Below are positions 8,710 through 20,065 of a stretch of DNA of 64,000 nucleotides, in pieces. The notes beneath the pieces were generated by a model. That model worked only from the letters and a program-made list of their open reading frames with translations, ran no database searches and had not been told where the DNA came from. A program made the position numbers and the translations under genes. The DNA is taken from the NCBI GenBank assembly GCA_938003915.1, contig CALKWV010000061.1, forward strand, positions 5,683 to 69,682, read 5' to 3'. Numbering within the stretch: position 1 is the first letter of the stretch; every line of letters begins with the position of its first letter. Origin of the DNA: an uncultured Bacillota bacterium. Lineage in GTDB: Bacteria > Bacillota > Clostridia > Caldicoprobacterales > UBA3941.

Positions 8710-8895
8710 TTATCTATAGAATAATACCAAAATAATTATGGCTATTAATGCAAATATAGCAAGAACAACCGGACCAATAACTGTAATGGCTGCTATCATT
8801 AAGGCTAAGAAATCTGAAGCCTCCAGCTTTAAATTCTTTTTAATTTCAGGATCTATTTCCTTTTTCTTTAGCAATTCTGCTAGCCTTCTAAACAC
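8710..8895 (-). CDS. Small hypothetical membrane protein (61 aa) trailing the opp operon
   Basis: GTG start 18 nt after the oppF stop, with AAGGGGA 6 nt upstream. Charged N-terminus followed by one strong TM segment (FLALMIAAITVIGPVVLAIFALIAIIILVLF). No recognisable family. Confidence 0.35.
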   Translation of the reverse strand: MFRRLAELLKKKEIDPEIKKNLKLEASDFLALMIAAITVIGPVVLAIFALIAIIILVLFYR

Positions 8896-8913
8896 AGAAT
8901 TTCCCCTTTTTAT

Positions 8914-9894
8914 CTATATTTCTCCTGCAAAATGGCAAGCTACAGTATGGCCTTTTTCCATTTCCCTATTTTCTGGCACTTTCTCTCTGCATATATCCTT
9001 TGCATAAGGACATCTTGTATGGTAAGGACATCCTTTGGGCAGATTAACATTGCTTGGTATTTCTCCCTTAATAAAGCTAATATCAGATTTTTGATTAGGA
9101 TCAGGCTTTGGTATAGCAGCTAGCAAGGCCTTGGTATACGGATGCAAAGGATTCTTATATAAATCTTCTTTTGATGCCATTTCTACAATTGTTCCCAGAT
9201 ACATAACACCTATCCTTTGACTAATGTGTTTTACAACACTTAAGTCGTGGGATATAAATAGATAGGACAGTCCAAATCTATCCTGCAGGTCCATCATAAG
9301 GTTTAGGATCTGGGATTGTACGGATACGTCAAGGGCAGATACTGGCTCGTCACAAACTACAAACTTGGGGTTAAGAGCCAATGCCCTGGCGATTCCAATT
9401 CTTTGTCTTTGTCCTCCAGAAAACTGATGAGGATATCTATACATATGATATGCAGACAAACCGCATATCTCCATTATTTCCTTTACTTTGTCTTCCAGAT
9501 CCTTGCCCTTTTTAGCAATTTTATGCTCTAGCATAGCTTCTCCAATAATAGAAAATACATTCAGTCTAGGATTCAAGGAGCTATAAGGATCCTGGAAAAT
9601 AATCTGTAATTCTTTTCTTAAGGGTTTCATTTGTTTTTCAGAAAGCTCTAGTATATTTTTTCCCTTATATATAACTTCGCCGGCTGTAGCAGGATACAGT
9701 TTGATCATTGTTCTACCCAATGTAGACTTTCCACTACCTGACTCTCCTACTAGCCCCAAAGTTTCCCCCTCATAAATATCAAAGGAAACACCATTAACAG
9801 CACGTACATAGGATCTGGGTTCAAACAATCTGGTCTTCTTAACAGGAAAATGCTTAGTTAGGTTTCTTACTTGTATTAGAACTTTATCACTCAC
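8914..9894 (-). CDS. oppF: Oligopeptide ABC transporter ATP-binding protein
   Basis: 326 aa. Walker A GESGSGKST, signature FSGGQRQR, Walker B VVCDEPVSALD, and a C-terminal oligopeptide-type extension. Confidence 0.85.
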   Translation of the reverse strand: MSDKVLIQVRNLTKHFPVKKTRLFEPRSYVRAVNGVSFDIYEGETLGLVGESGSGKSTLGRTMIKLYPATAGEVIYKGKNILELSEKQMKPLRKELQIIFQDPYSSLNPRLNVFSIIGEAMLEHKIAKKGKDLEDKVKEIMEICGLSAYHMYRYPHQFSGGQRQRIGIARALALNPKFVVCDEPVSALDVSVQSQILNLMMDLQDRFGLSYLFISHDLSVVKHISQRIGVMYLGTIVEMASKEDLYKNPLHPYTKALLAAIPKPDPNQKSDISFIKGEIPSNVNLPKGCPYHTRCPYAKDICREKVPENREMEKGHTVACHFAGEI

Positions 9895-10906
9895 TTCCCC
9901 GATCCTCCTTATCTCTATGATACTCTTCTATCTTGTCACTATATAAGAAACATCTCACTTCATGACCTTCATTTACCTTAGTTATTCCTGGCATATGTTT
10001 TCTGCATTCCGGTCTTGCATATTCACAACGAGGTGCAAAGTAGCAGCCCTCTGGCAACTCCATGGGGTTAGGAACTACTCCCGGAATGGTATATAGCCTA
10101 TCCTTTCCCTCATCTAAACTGGGGATAGAGGCTAGTAGTCCCTTAGTATAAGGATGTTTTGGATTTTCAAAAAGCTCTTTTACTGGAGCTGTCTCTACCA
10201 CTTTACCAGAATACATAACAACAACATAGTCTGCCATTTGTGCTACAACCCCTAGATCATGGGTTATTAGCAGTATTGAAGTATTGGTCCTTTCTTTTAG
10301 TTCATTCATCAAATGCAATATTTGAGCCTGAATAGTTACATCCAGAGCAGTGGTAGGCTCGTCCGCAATGAGAAGCTTTGGTTCACATGCTAAAGCCATA
10401 GCAATCATTACCCTCTGGCGCATTCCACCGCTAAGCTGATGAGGATAGTCATTGGCAACCTCAGCAGCTCTAGGAATACCTACTAACTCCAGCATCTGTA
10501 TTGCCTTTTTCCTGGCCTCGTTCTTATTAAGGCCCTGGTGTAACATTATTGGCTCCATAATTTGGTCTGCTATCTTGTGTACCGGATTTAAGGAAGTCAT
10601 AGGCTCCTGAAATATCATAGAAATTTCATTTCCTCGAATATGCCTTATCTCTTCATCGCTCATTTTTACTATATCTTTACCCTCTAACAGTATAGAGCCA
10701 TCTACAATTTTACCATTTTCATCTAATAGCTTTAGAATTGACATAGAAGTAATACTTTTTCCACAGCCGGATTCTCCAACCAGACCTACGGTTTGGCCTT
10801 TCTCAATGCTAAAGGATACTCCGTCTACGGCTTTTATTACTCCTCTATCTGTATAGAAGTATGTCCGAAGATCTTTTACTTCTAGTAGTTTACTCATCTC
10901 TTCCAT
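9887..10906 (-). CDS. oppD: Oligopeptide ABC transporter ATP-binding protein
   Basis: 339 aa. Walker A GESGCGKS, signature LSGGMRQR, Walker [12 protein letters not shown]. Overlaps oppF by 8 nt. Confidence 0.85.
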   Translation of the reverse strand: MEEMSKLLEVKDLRTYFYTDRGVIKAVDGVSFSIEKGQTVGLVGESGCGKSITSMSILKLLDENGKIVDGSILLEGKDIVKMSDEEIRHIRGNEISMIFQEPMTSLNPVHKIADQIMEPIMLHQGLNKNEARKKAIQMLELVGIPRAAEVANDYPHQLSGGMRQRVMIAMALACEPKLLIADEPTTALDVTIQAQILHLMNELKERTNTSILLITHDLGVVAQMADYVVVMYSGKVVETAPVKELFENPKHPYTKGLLASIPSLDEGKDRLYTIPGVVPNPMELPEGCYFAPRCEYARPECRKHMPGITKVNEGHEVRCFLYSDKIEEYHRDKEDRGSE

Positions 10907-10911
10907 TTCAC

Positions 10912-11817
10912 CTACCTTATCTCTTTAGGATCAAAGGCGTCCCTCAACCCTTCACCTAATAGATTTATACTTACAACAGTTAGAATAATTAATATCCCTG
11001 GTGGAATCCACATCCACGGCATACTAGAAAACACCTTGATATCCCTTGCCCTTTCTATCATATTACCCCATGTCGGCGTAGGTGGAATAACTCCCAGCCC
11101 TAAGAAGGATAATGATGCCTCAGTCAAAATAGCCGAAGCCATCTCCAATGTGGCAGTAACTATAATATAGGATAGGGTATTAGGCAATAAGTGCTTAAAT
11201 ATCTTAGATCTAGTAGATAAGCCCAAAGCGGTAGTTGCCACCATAAAATCCTGCTCTCTAAGGGATAGAATTTGTCCCCTTACAAGACGGGCCAATCCTG
11301 GCCAAGATATAATAGCCAAAATAATCATTACCATAAATAGTTTTTGCTGACTGGGTACCCTCCACATCAAAGCAAAGGATAGGGTAATCATAATGGGCAT
11401 AAAAGGTAGAGAATATACGATTTCTGCAAATCTCATGAGAATGTTGTCTACCCTACCACCATAAAAGCCTGCAATAGCACCCACTGTAGCACCAATTACC
11501 ACAGTAATTAATGCAGTTACTAGTCCTATCATTATAGATATCCTTCCTCCATAAAACACCCTAAAGAGTATATCCCTACCCTGTTCATCGGTACCTAGCC
11601 AATGCTTAGAGGAAGGAGGTAAATTCTTATTGGATAACTCAAACTCGCTTAGTTTATAGGGCGATAAGATTGGAACTATTATTACTAATAATACAATAGT
11701 AAAAAATATAATAGCGCCTGTAATAGCTATTTTATTTTTTCTAAATCTTTCCCAGGCCACTCTCCATGGTCCCATAGCCTGAGAGTCTTTACTTTTGCTT
11801 AAAATTCTTCTAGCCAT
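10912..11817 (-). CDS. oppC: Oligopeptide ABC transporter permease
   Basis: 301 aa, polytopic, with an EAA-type loop (REQDFMVATTALGLS) typical of OppC/DppC. Confidence 0.8.
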   Translation of the reverse strand: MARRILSKSKDSQAMGPWRVAWERFRKNKIAITGAIIFFTIVLLVIIVPILSPYKLSEFELSNKNLPPSSKHWLGTDEQGRDILFRVFYGGRISIMIGLVTALITVVIGATVGAIAGFYGGRVDNILMRFAEIVYSLPFMPIMITLSFALMWRVPSQQKLFMVMIILAIISWPGLARLVRGQILSLREQDFMVATTALGLSTRSKIFKHLLPNTLSYIIVTATLEMASAILTEASLSFLGLGVIPPTPTWGNMIERARDIKVFSSMPWMWIPPGILIILTVVSINLLGEGLRDAFDPKEIR

Positions 11818-11835
11818 CTCTTTGCTTCTCCCTCC

Positions 11836-12813
11836 TTACTGCAACTTAACTCTTGGGTCTACTATAGCATAGGATATATCTGCAAATAGATTTCCTAAAA
11901 TCATTAGGATAGCATAAAAAGTATTTGCTCCCATAACAACCCATATATCTCTATTCATTACTGACTTATAGAGAATGTTCCCAATACCTGGCCATATAAA
12001 TACAGTCTCCAATAAAATGGAGCCCCCAAATAATGAAGGTATATACATACCCAGCAAGGTCACAATTGGGATCAAGGCATTTCTAAAGGCATGGCGGTAT
12101 ATAACTACCTTCTCTGATAATCCTTTAGATCTAGCTGTTCGGATATAGTCTTGGTTAATTACATCAATAACACTGTTTCTAACATATCTAATTAGACCAG
12201 CTAAACTCAATATAGTCAATACCATTACCGGCAATAGCATATGCTGAGCCACGTCCAAAATTTCTTCAAATACACTGCTATATCCCAGAGCAGCTTTCAA
12301 AGGATCACGCATACTGTTTAAAGGTAATCCAAAGGGAAGAGCTATAAAAAATATAACTAAAAGTGCGAAGAAAAAGGAAGGCATTCCCACTCCTATTAAA
12401 GAGAACACTGTCCAAAAATTATCAAATTTACCATATTTATTAACTGCTGACTTAATACCAACGGGTATTGCAATAGCAAAGGCTAAAACAAAGGAAACTA
12501 TATTAAGCAAGAAAGTATTCCAAATATAGTCACCTATTAGCTCATTAACAGGTTTTCTAAACTGAATAGAATTTCCAAAATCTCCTCTTAGTGTTCTTCT
12601 CAACCAATTAAAATATTGGGTAACAGGTCCTTTATCTAAGCCTAATTCAGCTCTAATACGCTCCTGCTGTTCTGGACTTACCTTGCTTCCCTGACCCAAA
12701 TAGGCACTGACGGGATCTCCAGGCATTAACTGAAGCAGGATAAATAATATTATTGTAATTACCAGGATTACAGGAATTAAGCTCAATAATCTCCTGGCTA
12801 AAAACCTTAGCAT
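11836..12813 (-). CDS. oppB: Oligopeptide ABC transporter permease
   Basis: 325 aa, polytopic. OppB/DppB-type N-terminus (MLRFLARRLLSLIPVILVITIILF) and EAA loop (DYIRTARSKGLSE). Confidence 0.8.
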   Translation of the reverse strand: MLRFLARRLLSLIPVILVITIILFILLQLMPGDPVSAYLGQGSKVSPEQQERIRAELGLDKGPVTQYFNWLRRTLRGDFGNSIQFRKPVNELIGDYIWNTFLLNIVSFVLAFAIAIPVGIKSAVNKYGKFDNFWTVFSLIGVGMPSFFFALLVIFFIALPFGLPLNSMRDPLKAALGYSSVFEEILDVAQHMLLPVMVLTILSLAGLIRYVRNSVIDVINQDYIRTARSKGLSEKVVIYRHAFRNALIPIVTLLGMYIPSLFGGSILLETVFIWPGIGNILYKSVMNRDIWVVMGANTFYAILMILGNLFADISYAIVDPRVKLQ

Positions 12814-12912
12814 CTCATCACCTCTTTACATTTATTTCCATGCAGGTAACACATGAACGCCCTACCTAATTGCAGGGCGTCCATATGCAATATGCATAAA
12901 AATTGTTATCTT

Positions 12913-14694
12913 TTATTCTTCTATATATGCTTCTTCCATAGCAGCTGCCCAATCATACAATGAATTGGTTTCAAAGTTTTTAAGTTTTTCGTGATATAGA
13001 TCGAAGTATGTGTTAGCATATACTGGGATCTTTGGAACCTCTTCATTTAATATTAAGGCAATTTCTTGGTACATTGGTTTAGCTTCCTCAATGTCAAAGA
13101 TGGCCTTTGCTTTATCAAATAGCTCATCAACCCTGTCATTTCTATATCTTGCTGTATTGTCCTTTCCACTTCCAATCTCTTTGGAGTGGAATTCGGAGTA
13201 CAATTCATGAGGATCTTTTGAAGGAATACTGACAGCTAGGAAGAATAGGCTCCACTTATCAACGTTGTTATCGGAATCGTAAAGTATATAATCAAGCATA
13301 GTATTAAACTCTAGATAAGCAACGTTTAATTTAATCTTCAAGGTTTCTTCCCAATCTCTTTGCCACATTGGAATCAAGGTATTTAGGATATCATGATCAG
13401 GCATAGCTGCGATATTTAGTTCTAGAACCTGGCCATCTTTTTCGCGGTATCCGCTAGAACCAACGGTCCAGCCAGCTTCATCAAGTATAGATGCAGCTTT
13501 TTCTAAGTCATATTCATATTTGTTCAGCTTAGCAAGGAACTCATCATCTACTGCCCATGAAAGCTGGGAATATGGATGGTATTGGATATTAGCTAAAACT
13601 TCTCCAGATTCTTCATCCTTAAAGTAAGAGTTAACAAACTCTTCTAGAGCGAAGCTGTAGTATAGTGCTTGACGTACCTTTGGATCAGCGGTAGGACCAT
13701 GCTCAGTGTTGAAGTTAATGTATCCATATCCGCTTCGAGCATAGCTGTTCTCTTTTATAAATCCTGTAGCTCTAGCTTGGTTAATTTTTTCTGGTTCAAT
13801 TACACCTGATAATAAGTCTACACCCTTTGATGTTAACTCAGTAATATCAGTAGTTAAATCAACAAACTTACATACGATATTTTCAATTCTGTATCCCTCT
13901 CCCTTGTAGTTAGGATTTCTCTTTAGGGATGCGAATTGTTGCTCTTCAAATTTATCTAATACATAGGGCCCAGAGCCTAAAGGTGTAGTAGTAATAGCTG
14001 CTACTACTTCGGTATTGCCTGGTTCAAACTCAGCGCCATAATGATGTTTTGGCATTATTGGGAAAGCACAATTTTTAAGGTTAACCCTTAGTGCTTCTTT
14101 AAAATGGAAGGTTACCTTATAATCGCCTTCAATTTCAATTCCTTTGAACTCGTCAGTCTCTCCATTTACATATTCTTCATATCCCTCAAGATCCTGTACT
14201 ACAGAACTATAACGTCCGGTATAGGAGGGATCAGCAAGAACCATATAAGTAAATAATACGTCTTCAGCTGTCAAGGGCTCACCGTCTGAGAATACAATGT
14301 CATCCCTCAACTCAAAGACAATAGTCTTACCATCATCTAGTATTTCCCAGCTCTTTGCTGCATCGGGAACCCAGTTCTCTTCCTTGTCTCTTTTAATCAG
14401 ACTTTGGAATACCAGATCAACTACGTTACCATCATAAGCAGAGGAGTAGTATGCAGGATTGAAGTTACCTGACATTTCGGTTACACCTACTACCAAGGTC
14501 CCTCCAATTTCTCCTTCTGCAGATCCTGTCTCACTATTGTTTGCATCATTTGTATCATTTGTATTTTCTGTTGTTTGCTCATTATTAGTGTCGACTGGAT
14601 CATTATTCTCAGCTGGTGCTTTCTGTCCGCAAGCGGCTAGCACACCAACTAACAAGAATGCAACTAATAAAAGCGAGATAATTTTCTTGTGCAT
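12913..14694 (-). CDS. oppA: Oligopeptide-binding lipoprotein (family 5 solute-binding protein)
   Basis: 593 aa. Lipoprotein signal with lipobox LAACG, then a low-complexity N/T/E linker and an SBP_bac_5-like body. Confidence 0.8.
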   Translation of the reverse strand: MHKKIISLLLVAFLLVGVLAACGQKAPAENNDPVDTNNEQTTENTNDTNDANNSETGSAEGEIGGTLVVGVTEMSGNFNPAYYSSAYDGNVVDLVFQSLIKRDKEENWVPDAAKSWEILDDGKTIVFELRDDIVFSDGEPLTAEDVLFTYMVLADPSYTGRYSSVVQDLEGYEEYVNGETDEFKGIEIEGDYKVTFHFKEALRVNLKNCAFPIMPKHHYGAEFEPGNTEVVAAITTTPLGSGPYVLDKFEEQQFASLKRNPNYKGEGYRIENIVCKFVDLTTDITELTSKGVDLLSGVIEPEKINQARATGFIKENSYARSGYGYINFNTEHGPTADPKVRQALYYSFALEEFVNSYFKDEESGEVLANIQYHPYSQLSWAVDDEFLAKLNKYEYDLEKAASILDEAGWTVGSSGYREKDGQVLELNIAAMPDHDILNTLIPMWQRDWEETLKIKLNVAYLEFNTMLDYILYDSDNNVDKWSLFFLAVSIPSKDPHELYSEFHSKEIGSGKDNTARYRNDRVDELFDKAKAIFDIEEAKPMYQEIALILNEEVPKIPVYANTYFDLYHEKLKNFETNSLYDWAAAMEEAYIEE

Positions 14695-14746
14695 TTCATT
14701 GCCTCCTTATATATTTATAAATTTTATTTTAAAATTACTAATGGAC

Positions 14747-14775
14747 ATTATACCACCTTTTATACAAATTAACAA
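14747..14775 (-). promoter_or_regulatory. opp operon promoter (TTGTTA - 17 nt - TGgTATAAT, extended -10)
   Basis: The minus strand reads TTGTTAatttgtataaaaggTGgTATAAT, about 50 nt upstream of the oppA ATG. Confidence 0.55.
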
Positions 14776-14801
14776 GGATAAGTTTTAGTATATTTGCAAG
14801 G

Positions 14802-14827
14802 AATTGAATGAATTATTTCATTCAATT
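14802..14827. promoter_or_regulatory. 26-bp near-perfect palindrome AATTGAATGAA-TTAT-TTCATTCAATT upstream of the opp promoter (candidate regulator site)
   Basis: The 11-bp arms pair perfectly by direct inspection. The centre is about 42 bp upstream of the -35. Confidence 0.4.
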
Positions 14828-15090
14828 GTATAAAAAATGACACGGGGTTTTCAATTCATTTTCTTGTATATTTTTTTGATATATTGAAAATCAAAGCCTT
14901 TATTATGCCCTATTTATAAACATACTGATTTTTTGTATTTTTATACCGTCTTTAGAAATATTAATCCCTTTTTTTCACACCTGAATCTTGCAAGTTTTAA
15001 TTTCACTTCTTGCATTTTGGCTTATTTTGCATATTTTTTATGCAATGTATATTTATTTCAAATATAATATATTCGATTAACTAGCTTAAT

Positions 15091-15130
15091 AAAAAAATGT
15101 GCTATTGATGTTTGACCTAGCAATAGCACA
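15091..15130 (-). terminator. Intrinsic terminator downstream of ilvD
   Basis: Minus-strand RNA has ugugcuauug..caauagcaca (10-bp stem) followed by U7. Confidence 0.7.
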
Positions 15131-15253
15131 TTCTATAAGAATTACCATTGACAAGTAAGCATCCTGATAATTTATCTCTAATAACGGTGCCAACCTTCAA
15201 TAGCTACTATATATAATAGTTATTGAACTAGGCACATTTGACTAATTTATAAT

Positions 15254-16948
15254 TTAAATAGTAAAGATTGCTCCCTTATCAGCAGAGCTTACCAACCGAG
15301 AATATCTAGCTAAATATCCATTCTTTATCTTTGCTTCTGGAGCTTTCCAGTTTGCTCTTCTTCTTTCCAGCTCTTCATGGCTAACCTTAACATCCAGCTT
15401 TCCTTCTGGGATATTGATGGATATAATATCTCCTTCTTCAACCAAGGCTATGGGACCTCCTTCCATGGCTTCAGGTGAGATATGCCCAATAGAAGCTCCC
15501 CTGGTAGCGCCAGAAAATCTACCGTCAGTTAGTAGTGCCACATCCTTATCCAGTCCCATGCCTGCAATAGCTGATGTAGGAGAAAGCATCTCCTTCATGC
15601 CTGGTCCCCCTTTAGGGCCCTCGTAGCGTATTACTACCACATCGCCTTTTTGAATTTTTCCTCCTAGTATAGCAGCAAAGGCCTCCTCCTCTGAGTTAAA
15701 AACCCTGGCCGGACCTTCATGAACCATCATCTCTGGAGCCACTGCCGCCCTTTTTACAACTGCTCCGTCAGGTGCCAGGTTTCCGCGAAGCACTGCTATG
15801 CCCCCAGTTTCACTGTAAGGCTTGTCTATGGGACGGATTACATGGTAATCTAATACTTTAACTTTCTCAATATTTTCTCTTATGGTTTTACCTGTTACTG
15901 TCATCAAATCTAGGTTTATAAGCTCCTTTTTGGAAAGCTCTTTCATTACTGCCTGTACTCCACCAGCTGCATATAAATCCTCTATATGATGATGCCCTGC
16001 TGGACTTAGCCTACAAAGGTTAGGAGTTCTCATGCTCACTTGGTTTATAATATCAAGATCTATCTCAATGCCTGCCTCATAGGCAATTGCCGTTAGATGA
16101 AGCACTGAGTTGGTAGAGCATCCAAGGGCCATATCCACAGTTAGAGCATTTTCAAAGGCTTTTTCCGTCATAATATCTCGAGGACGTATATCCTTTTCTA
16201 CCAGCTCCATAATCTGCATGCCTGCTTTTTTGGCAAGCCTTATTCTTTCAGCAAAAACAGCAGGAATAGTTCCGTTGCCAGGCAGGCCCATGCCCAACAC
16301 CTCAGTTAAACAGTTCATGGAATTGGCTGTAAACATACCTGCACATGAACCACAGCTACGGCAAGCGTCTTCTTCTATCTCATAAAGCTCTTCTTCAGTC
16401 ATGATGCCAGCACTGACAGCTCCTACTCCTTCAAATACTGAATTTAGATCTAGATCTTTTTTTCCTCTCTTTCCAGCTAGCATAGGCCCTCCGCTTATTA
16501 CTATGGAAGGAATATTGAGTCTTGCTGCTGCCATCAGCATAGCTGGAACAATTTTGTCGCAGTTGGGTATAAGTACCAATCCATCAAAACCATGGGCCAT
16601 TGCCATTGCCTCAATACTGTCGGCTATGAGCTCACGGGAAGCTAAAGAATAATTCATACCCACATGGTTCATAGCAATACCATCGCATACTCCTATGGTG
16701 GGAAACTCAATAGGGGTACCGCCTGCCATTCTCACACCGCTTTTTACTGCTTCTGCTATGGTATCTAGATGTATATGTCCGGGAACAACTTCATTTTGTG
16801 AGTTAACAACCCCTATAAGGGGGCGTGCCAGCTCCTCATTAGTATATCCCATGGCCTTAAACAAGGACCTGTGAGGTGCCTTTTCATAGCCTTTTTTTAC
16901 TCTATCGCTTATCAATAAATTTCCCTCCATTCCAATGACATATATCAC
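15254..16948 (-). CDS. ilvD: Dihydroxy-acid dehydratase
   Basis: 564 aa. IlvD/Edd motifs: [39 protein letters not shown] lies 11 nt upstream of ATG 16948. An alternative ATG at 16930 has no RBS. Confidence 0.9.
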   Translation of the reverse strand: MIYVIGMEGNLLISDRVKKGYEKAPHRSLFKAMGYTNEELARPLIGVVNSQNEVVPGHIHLDTIAEAVKSGVRMAGGTPIEFPTIGVCDGIAMNHVGMNYSLASRELIADSIEAMAMAHGFDGLVLIPNCDKIVPAMLMAAARLNIPSIVISGGPMLAGKRGKKDLDLNSVFEGVGAVSAGIMTEEELYEIEEDACRSCGSCAGMFTANSMNCLTEVLGMGLPGNGTIPAVFAERIRLAKKAGMQIMELVEKDIRPRDIMTEKAFENALTVDMALGCSTNSVLHLTAIAYEAGIEIDLDIINQVSMRTPNLCRLSPAGHHHIEDLYAAGGVQAVMKELSKKELINLDLMTVTGKTIRENIEKVKVLDYHVIRPIDKPYSETGGIAVLRGNLAPDGAVVKRAAVAPEMMVHEGPARVFNSEEEAFAAILGGKIQKGDVVVIRYEGPKGGPGMKEMLSPTSAIAGMGLDKDVALLTDGRFSGATRGASIGHISPEAMEGGPIALVEEGDIISINIPEGKLDVKVSHEELERRRANWKAPEAKIKNGYLARYSRLVSSADKGAIFTI

Positions 16949-17492
16949 TCAACCTCCGCTTTGGAACGTGGAGGACATTGTCTTCATCTTTATAATATTT
17001 TATACTGCCCTTTTCCTCTTCCCAGACAGATTTTTCTGCAGGGTATCCCAGGGCTATAACTGAATCTATCTTTACATTCTCTCCAATACCTAATGCTTGT
17101 GCCAACTCATCTCTTTTAACGGACCCAATCCAGCAGCTGCCTATTCCATAGCTCCAAGCTCCCAATAAAATATTTTGGACTGCTGCGCCTATATCATGGC
17201 CGGTAAAGGGCCCTGTCTTGCCGGTTACCAATACAATAATGTAGGCAACGGGTTTTTCTCCTTCTTTGGGATCTCCTTCAGGCCTTATATATCCCGCCCA
17301 GGAAAGGGTATCAAATACTTTATCCAGCAATTCCGGATCATCTACTACTATATACTCTAGAGGCTGCAGGTTAGAAGCCGAAGGTGCTAACCTTGCCCCA
17401 TCTATCAAGTCTTTAAGAATGGACCTGTCTATCCTGTCCTGCTTGAATTTGCGAATAGTCCTTCTTCCTTTGATAATATCCATGAAATCCAT
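16902..17492 (-). CDS. Nitroreductase-family oxidoreductase
   Basis: Motifs RRTIRKF and PSASNLQP, plus a C-terminal nitroreductase fold pattern. Start moved to ATG 17492 (MDFMDII..), which has GGAGG 7 nt upstream. The 3' end overlaps the ilvD start. Confidence 0.7.
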   Translation of the reverse strand: MDFMDIIKGRRTIRKFKQDRIDRSILKDLIDGARLAPSASNLQPLEYIVVDDPELLDKVFDTLSWAGYIRPEGDPKEGEKPVAYIIVLVTGKTGPFTGHDIGAAVQNILLGAWSYGIGSCWIGSVKRDELAQALGIGENVKIDSVIALGYPAEKSVWEEEKGSIKYYKDEDNVLHVPKRRLSDICHWNGGKFIDKR

Positions 17493-17517
17493 GATTATTA
17501 CCTCCATAACCTTATAA

Positions 17518-18423
17518 TTAATTAGCCTGCCCTGAACTTCTCTCCCAGGCCTTCAAGAAAGGGTAGGGGTTTATGGCCTTTTCTCCCGTTCCAGACCAGC
17601 TATCTTTCTCATACATACCAAAATGCAGATGGGGATCAAATTGCCCTGTAGTGCCTTCCTCGCCGTATCCGCTATCCCCTGCATAGCCTATAACCTGACC
17701 TTTTTTGACCCTGCCCCCTTCCTCCAAGCCCTTTTCATACCTAGATAGATGAGCATAATAGTAGTAGATACCATCATCCCCCCTTATGCCAATCCGCCAT
17801 CCACCCAGCTCCAACCAACCTTTTTTCTCTACTACACCATCGCAAACGGCAAGCAAAGGAGTTCCTATATCACACATAATATCTATACCTTCATGGCGGC
17901 GATCTCCACCATAACTTCTACTGTTTCCAAAATCATTGGAGTAAGTATAGTCTACCTGGGCAACTGGAAATACTTTATCCTCATAGACTTCATTGATATA
18001 TTGAAGGCGTTTTATCTCATACTCAACCCTTTTTATAAAATTAGGGTCATTGTTATATTCCTTCAGCTTATCTCCCAGCTCCTTTGGAGAGCTGATACCC
18101 CTTAAATGAAGGGCTAGCTGCTGGGATCTACCCGGGCTTATCTCCTCTGCCGGGATAGCTTCAGCCTTGTCTACAGCCATTAGATAGTACCAGGGTACTC
18201 CATGTGCCGCTTCAACATCAAAGTACATCTCCAAATGCCTGGGATCTACTTCAGCTAGACTGTAATTTTTATATAGCCCCTTTTGTTGAATATTGTTTAG
18301 GAACACTAAAATTACAAATATAATGAAAAGGGAAAGCAGCGGATAAAATCTTCTTCCGTTTAGCCTATATCGCCTTCTTCTTCTGATTACTGACCTATAC
18401 CTAACAGTTGGCATGACTATCAC
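17518..18423 (-). CDS. M23-family (LytM-type) peptidoglycan metallopeptidase, N-terminally membrane-anchored
   Basis: 301 aa. Arg-rich N-terminus plus a TM segment. M23 metal ligands: HEGIDI, GDSGYG and DPHLHF. Confidence 0.75.
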   Translation of the reverse strand: MIVMPTVRYRSVIRRRRRYRLNGRRFYPLLSLFIIFVILVFLNNIQQKGLYKNYSLAEVDPRHLEMYFDVEAAHGVPWYYLMAVDKAEAIPAEEISPGRSQQLALHLRGISSPKELGDKLKEYNNDPNFIKRVEYEIKRLQYINEVYEDKVFPVAQVDYTYSNDFGNSRSYGGDRRHEGIDIMCDIGTPLLAVCDGVVEKKGWLELGGWRIGIRGDDGIYYYYAHLSRYEKGLEEGGRVKKGQVIGYAGDSGYGEEGTTGQFDPHLHFGMYEKDSWSGTGEKAINPYPFLKAWERSSGQAN

Positions 18424-18506
18424 CTTCTCATAAACTGGAATCTGGCTCCCTAGTGATAGTCTATTACTTTTTGGATACTATTACAATAGTTTCCTATATT
18501 TATAAC

Positions 18507-19574
18507 TTACTTTATTTCCTCCGCGATAAGATCTCCCATTTTCTCAGTGCCTACTTGCTTCATGCCAGGCTGCATAATATCCCCGGTTCTATAACCCATA
18601 TCCAGCACTTTGGATATTGCATTCTCTATATCCCTTGCTGCCTCCTCCATGCCCCCGCTATGCCTTAGCATCATAGCCACGCTCATAATTGTGGCTATGG
18701 GATTGGCCTTATCCTGTCCGGCTATATCAGGGGCTGAGCCATGTACTGGCTCATAAAGGCCTGGATTCTCTTTTCCTAAGCTGGCAGAAGGCAGCATACC
18801 CAAGGATCCAGTAAGCATAGATGCTTCATCACTTAGAATATCTCCAAACATATTCTCTGTAACTATAACATCAAACTGCTTAGGATTTCGTATTAGCTGC
18901 ATTGCGGCATTGTCTACGTACATATGGTTTAAGGTAACCTCTGGATAATCCTCTGCAACCTTTGTCACTACCTCCCGCCATAGTCTGGAGCTTTCCAAAA
19001 CATTGGCCTTATCCACGGAGGTTAGCTTTTTGTTCCGATTCATGGCTAGCTCAAAGGCTACCCTGGCAATCCTTTCTATTTCTTCTACACTATATATCAT
19101 GGTATCCCATGCTTTCTGGGAATCCCCCTCGCCAACCCTTTTCTTTTCGCCAAAATACAGGCCGCCTGTAAGCTCTCTTACCACCATGATATTAAGGCCA
19201 TCTCCCAGTACCTCTTCCTTTAGGGTAGATGCCTCCTTAAGCTGGGGGAAAAGTATGGCAGGACGAAGATTGGCGAATACTCCCAAGGCTTTTCTAAGAC
19301 CTAACAATCCTGCTTCTGGTCGAAGATGTCCTGGTAGGTTATCCCATTTTTCTCCTCCCACAGCCCCTAATAGCACCGCATCGCTTTCCTGGCAGACCTT
19401 TAGGGTTTCCTCAGGAAGAGGAACCCCGGTCTCATCTATTGCTATACCACCCATTAAAACTTCTTCATAGCTAAATTCTACATTATATTTATTTGAAACA
19501 GCATCTAGTACCTTTAAGGCCTGCTTTATTATCTCTGGACCTATCCCATCACCAGGAATAAGAGCTATTTTCAT
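18507..19574 (-). CDS. leuB: 3-isopropylmalate dehydrogenase
   Basis: 355 aa. [16 protein letters not shown]-terminus and [25 protein letters not shown] signature. Confidence 0.9.
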   Translation of the reverse strand: MKIALIPGDGIGPEIIKQALKVLDAVSNKYNVEFSYEEVLMGGIAIDETGVPLPEETLKVCQESDAVLLGAVGGEKWDNLPGHLRPEAGLLGLRKALGVFANLRPAILFPQLKEASTLKEEVLGDGLNIMVVRELTGGLYFGEKKRVGEGDSQKAWDTMIYSVEEIERIARVAFELAMNRNKKLTSVDKANVLESSRLWREVVTKVAEDYPEVTLNHMYVDNAAMQLIRNPKQFDVIVTENMFGDILSDEASMLTGSLGMLPSASLGKENPGLYEPVHGSAPDIAGQDKANPIATIMSVAMMLRHSGGMEEAARDIENAISKVLDMGYRTGDIMQPGMKQVGTEKMGDLIAEEIK

Positions 19575-19576
19575 GA

Positions 19577-20065
19577 CTATTCACCCTTTCCCTTTACATA
19601 GTTTATTAGTCCCCCTGCCTTCATTATATCCTGCATAAATTCAGGGAAAGGAGTACCTTGATAGGTTTTGCCCTTGCTTATATTAGTTATTACACCAGTA
19701 TATATATCTACAGATACCTGATCTCCATTTTCAATATCCTTAGCCGCTTCAGGACATTCCATTATGGGAAGTCCAATATTTATAGCGTTTCTATAAAAGA
19801 TTCTAGCAAAGGTCTCAGCTATTACACAGGCAATACCTGCAGCTTTTATAACAGCTGGTGCGTGTTCCCTAGATGAGCCGCAGCCAAAGTTTTTGCCCGC
19901 CACCATAATATCTCCTGGCTTTACCTTGTTGACAAAATCCTTATCTAAATCCTCCATACAGTGAGCAGCCAACTCATCTATATTGCTGGTGTTTAGATAT
20001 CTTGCAGGAATGATAACGTCTGTATCTATATTGTCTCCGTATTTTATTACAGTTCCTTTTATCAT
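19577..20065 (-). CDS. leuD: 3-isopropylmalate dehydratase small subunit
   Basis: 162 aa short-type LeuD with [13 protein letters not shown]. 4-nt overlap with leuC. Confidence 0.9.
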   Translation of the reverse strand: MIKGTVIKYGDNIDTDVIIPARYLNTSNIDELAAHCMEDLDKDFVNKVKPGDIMVAGKNFGCGSSREHAPAVIKAAGIACVIAETFARIFYRNAINIGLPIMECPEAAKDIENGDQVSVDIYTGVITNISKGKTYQGTPFPEFMQDIMKAGGLINYVKGKGE

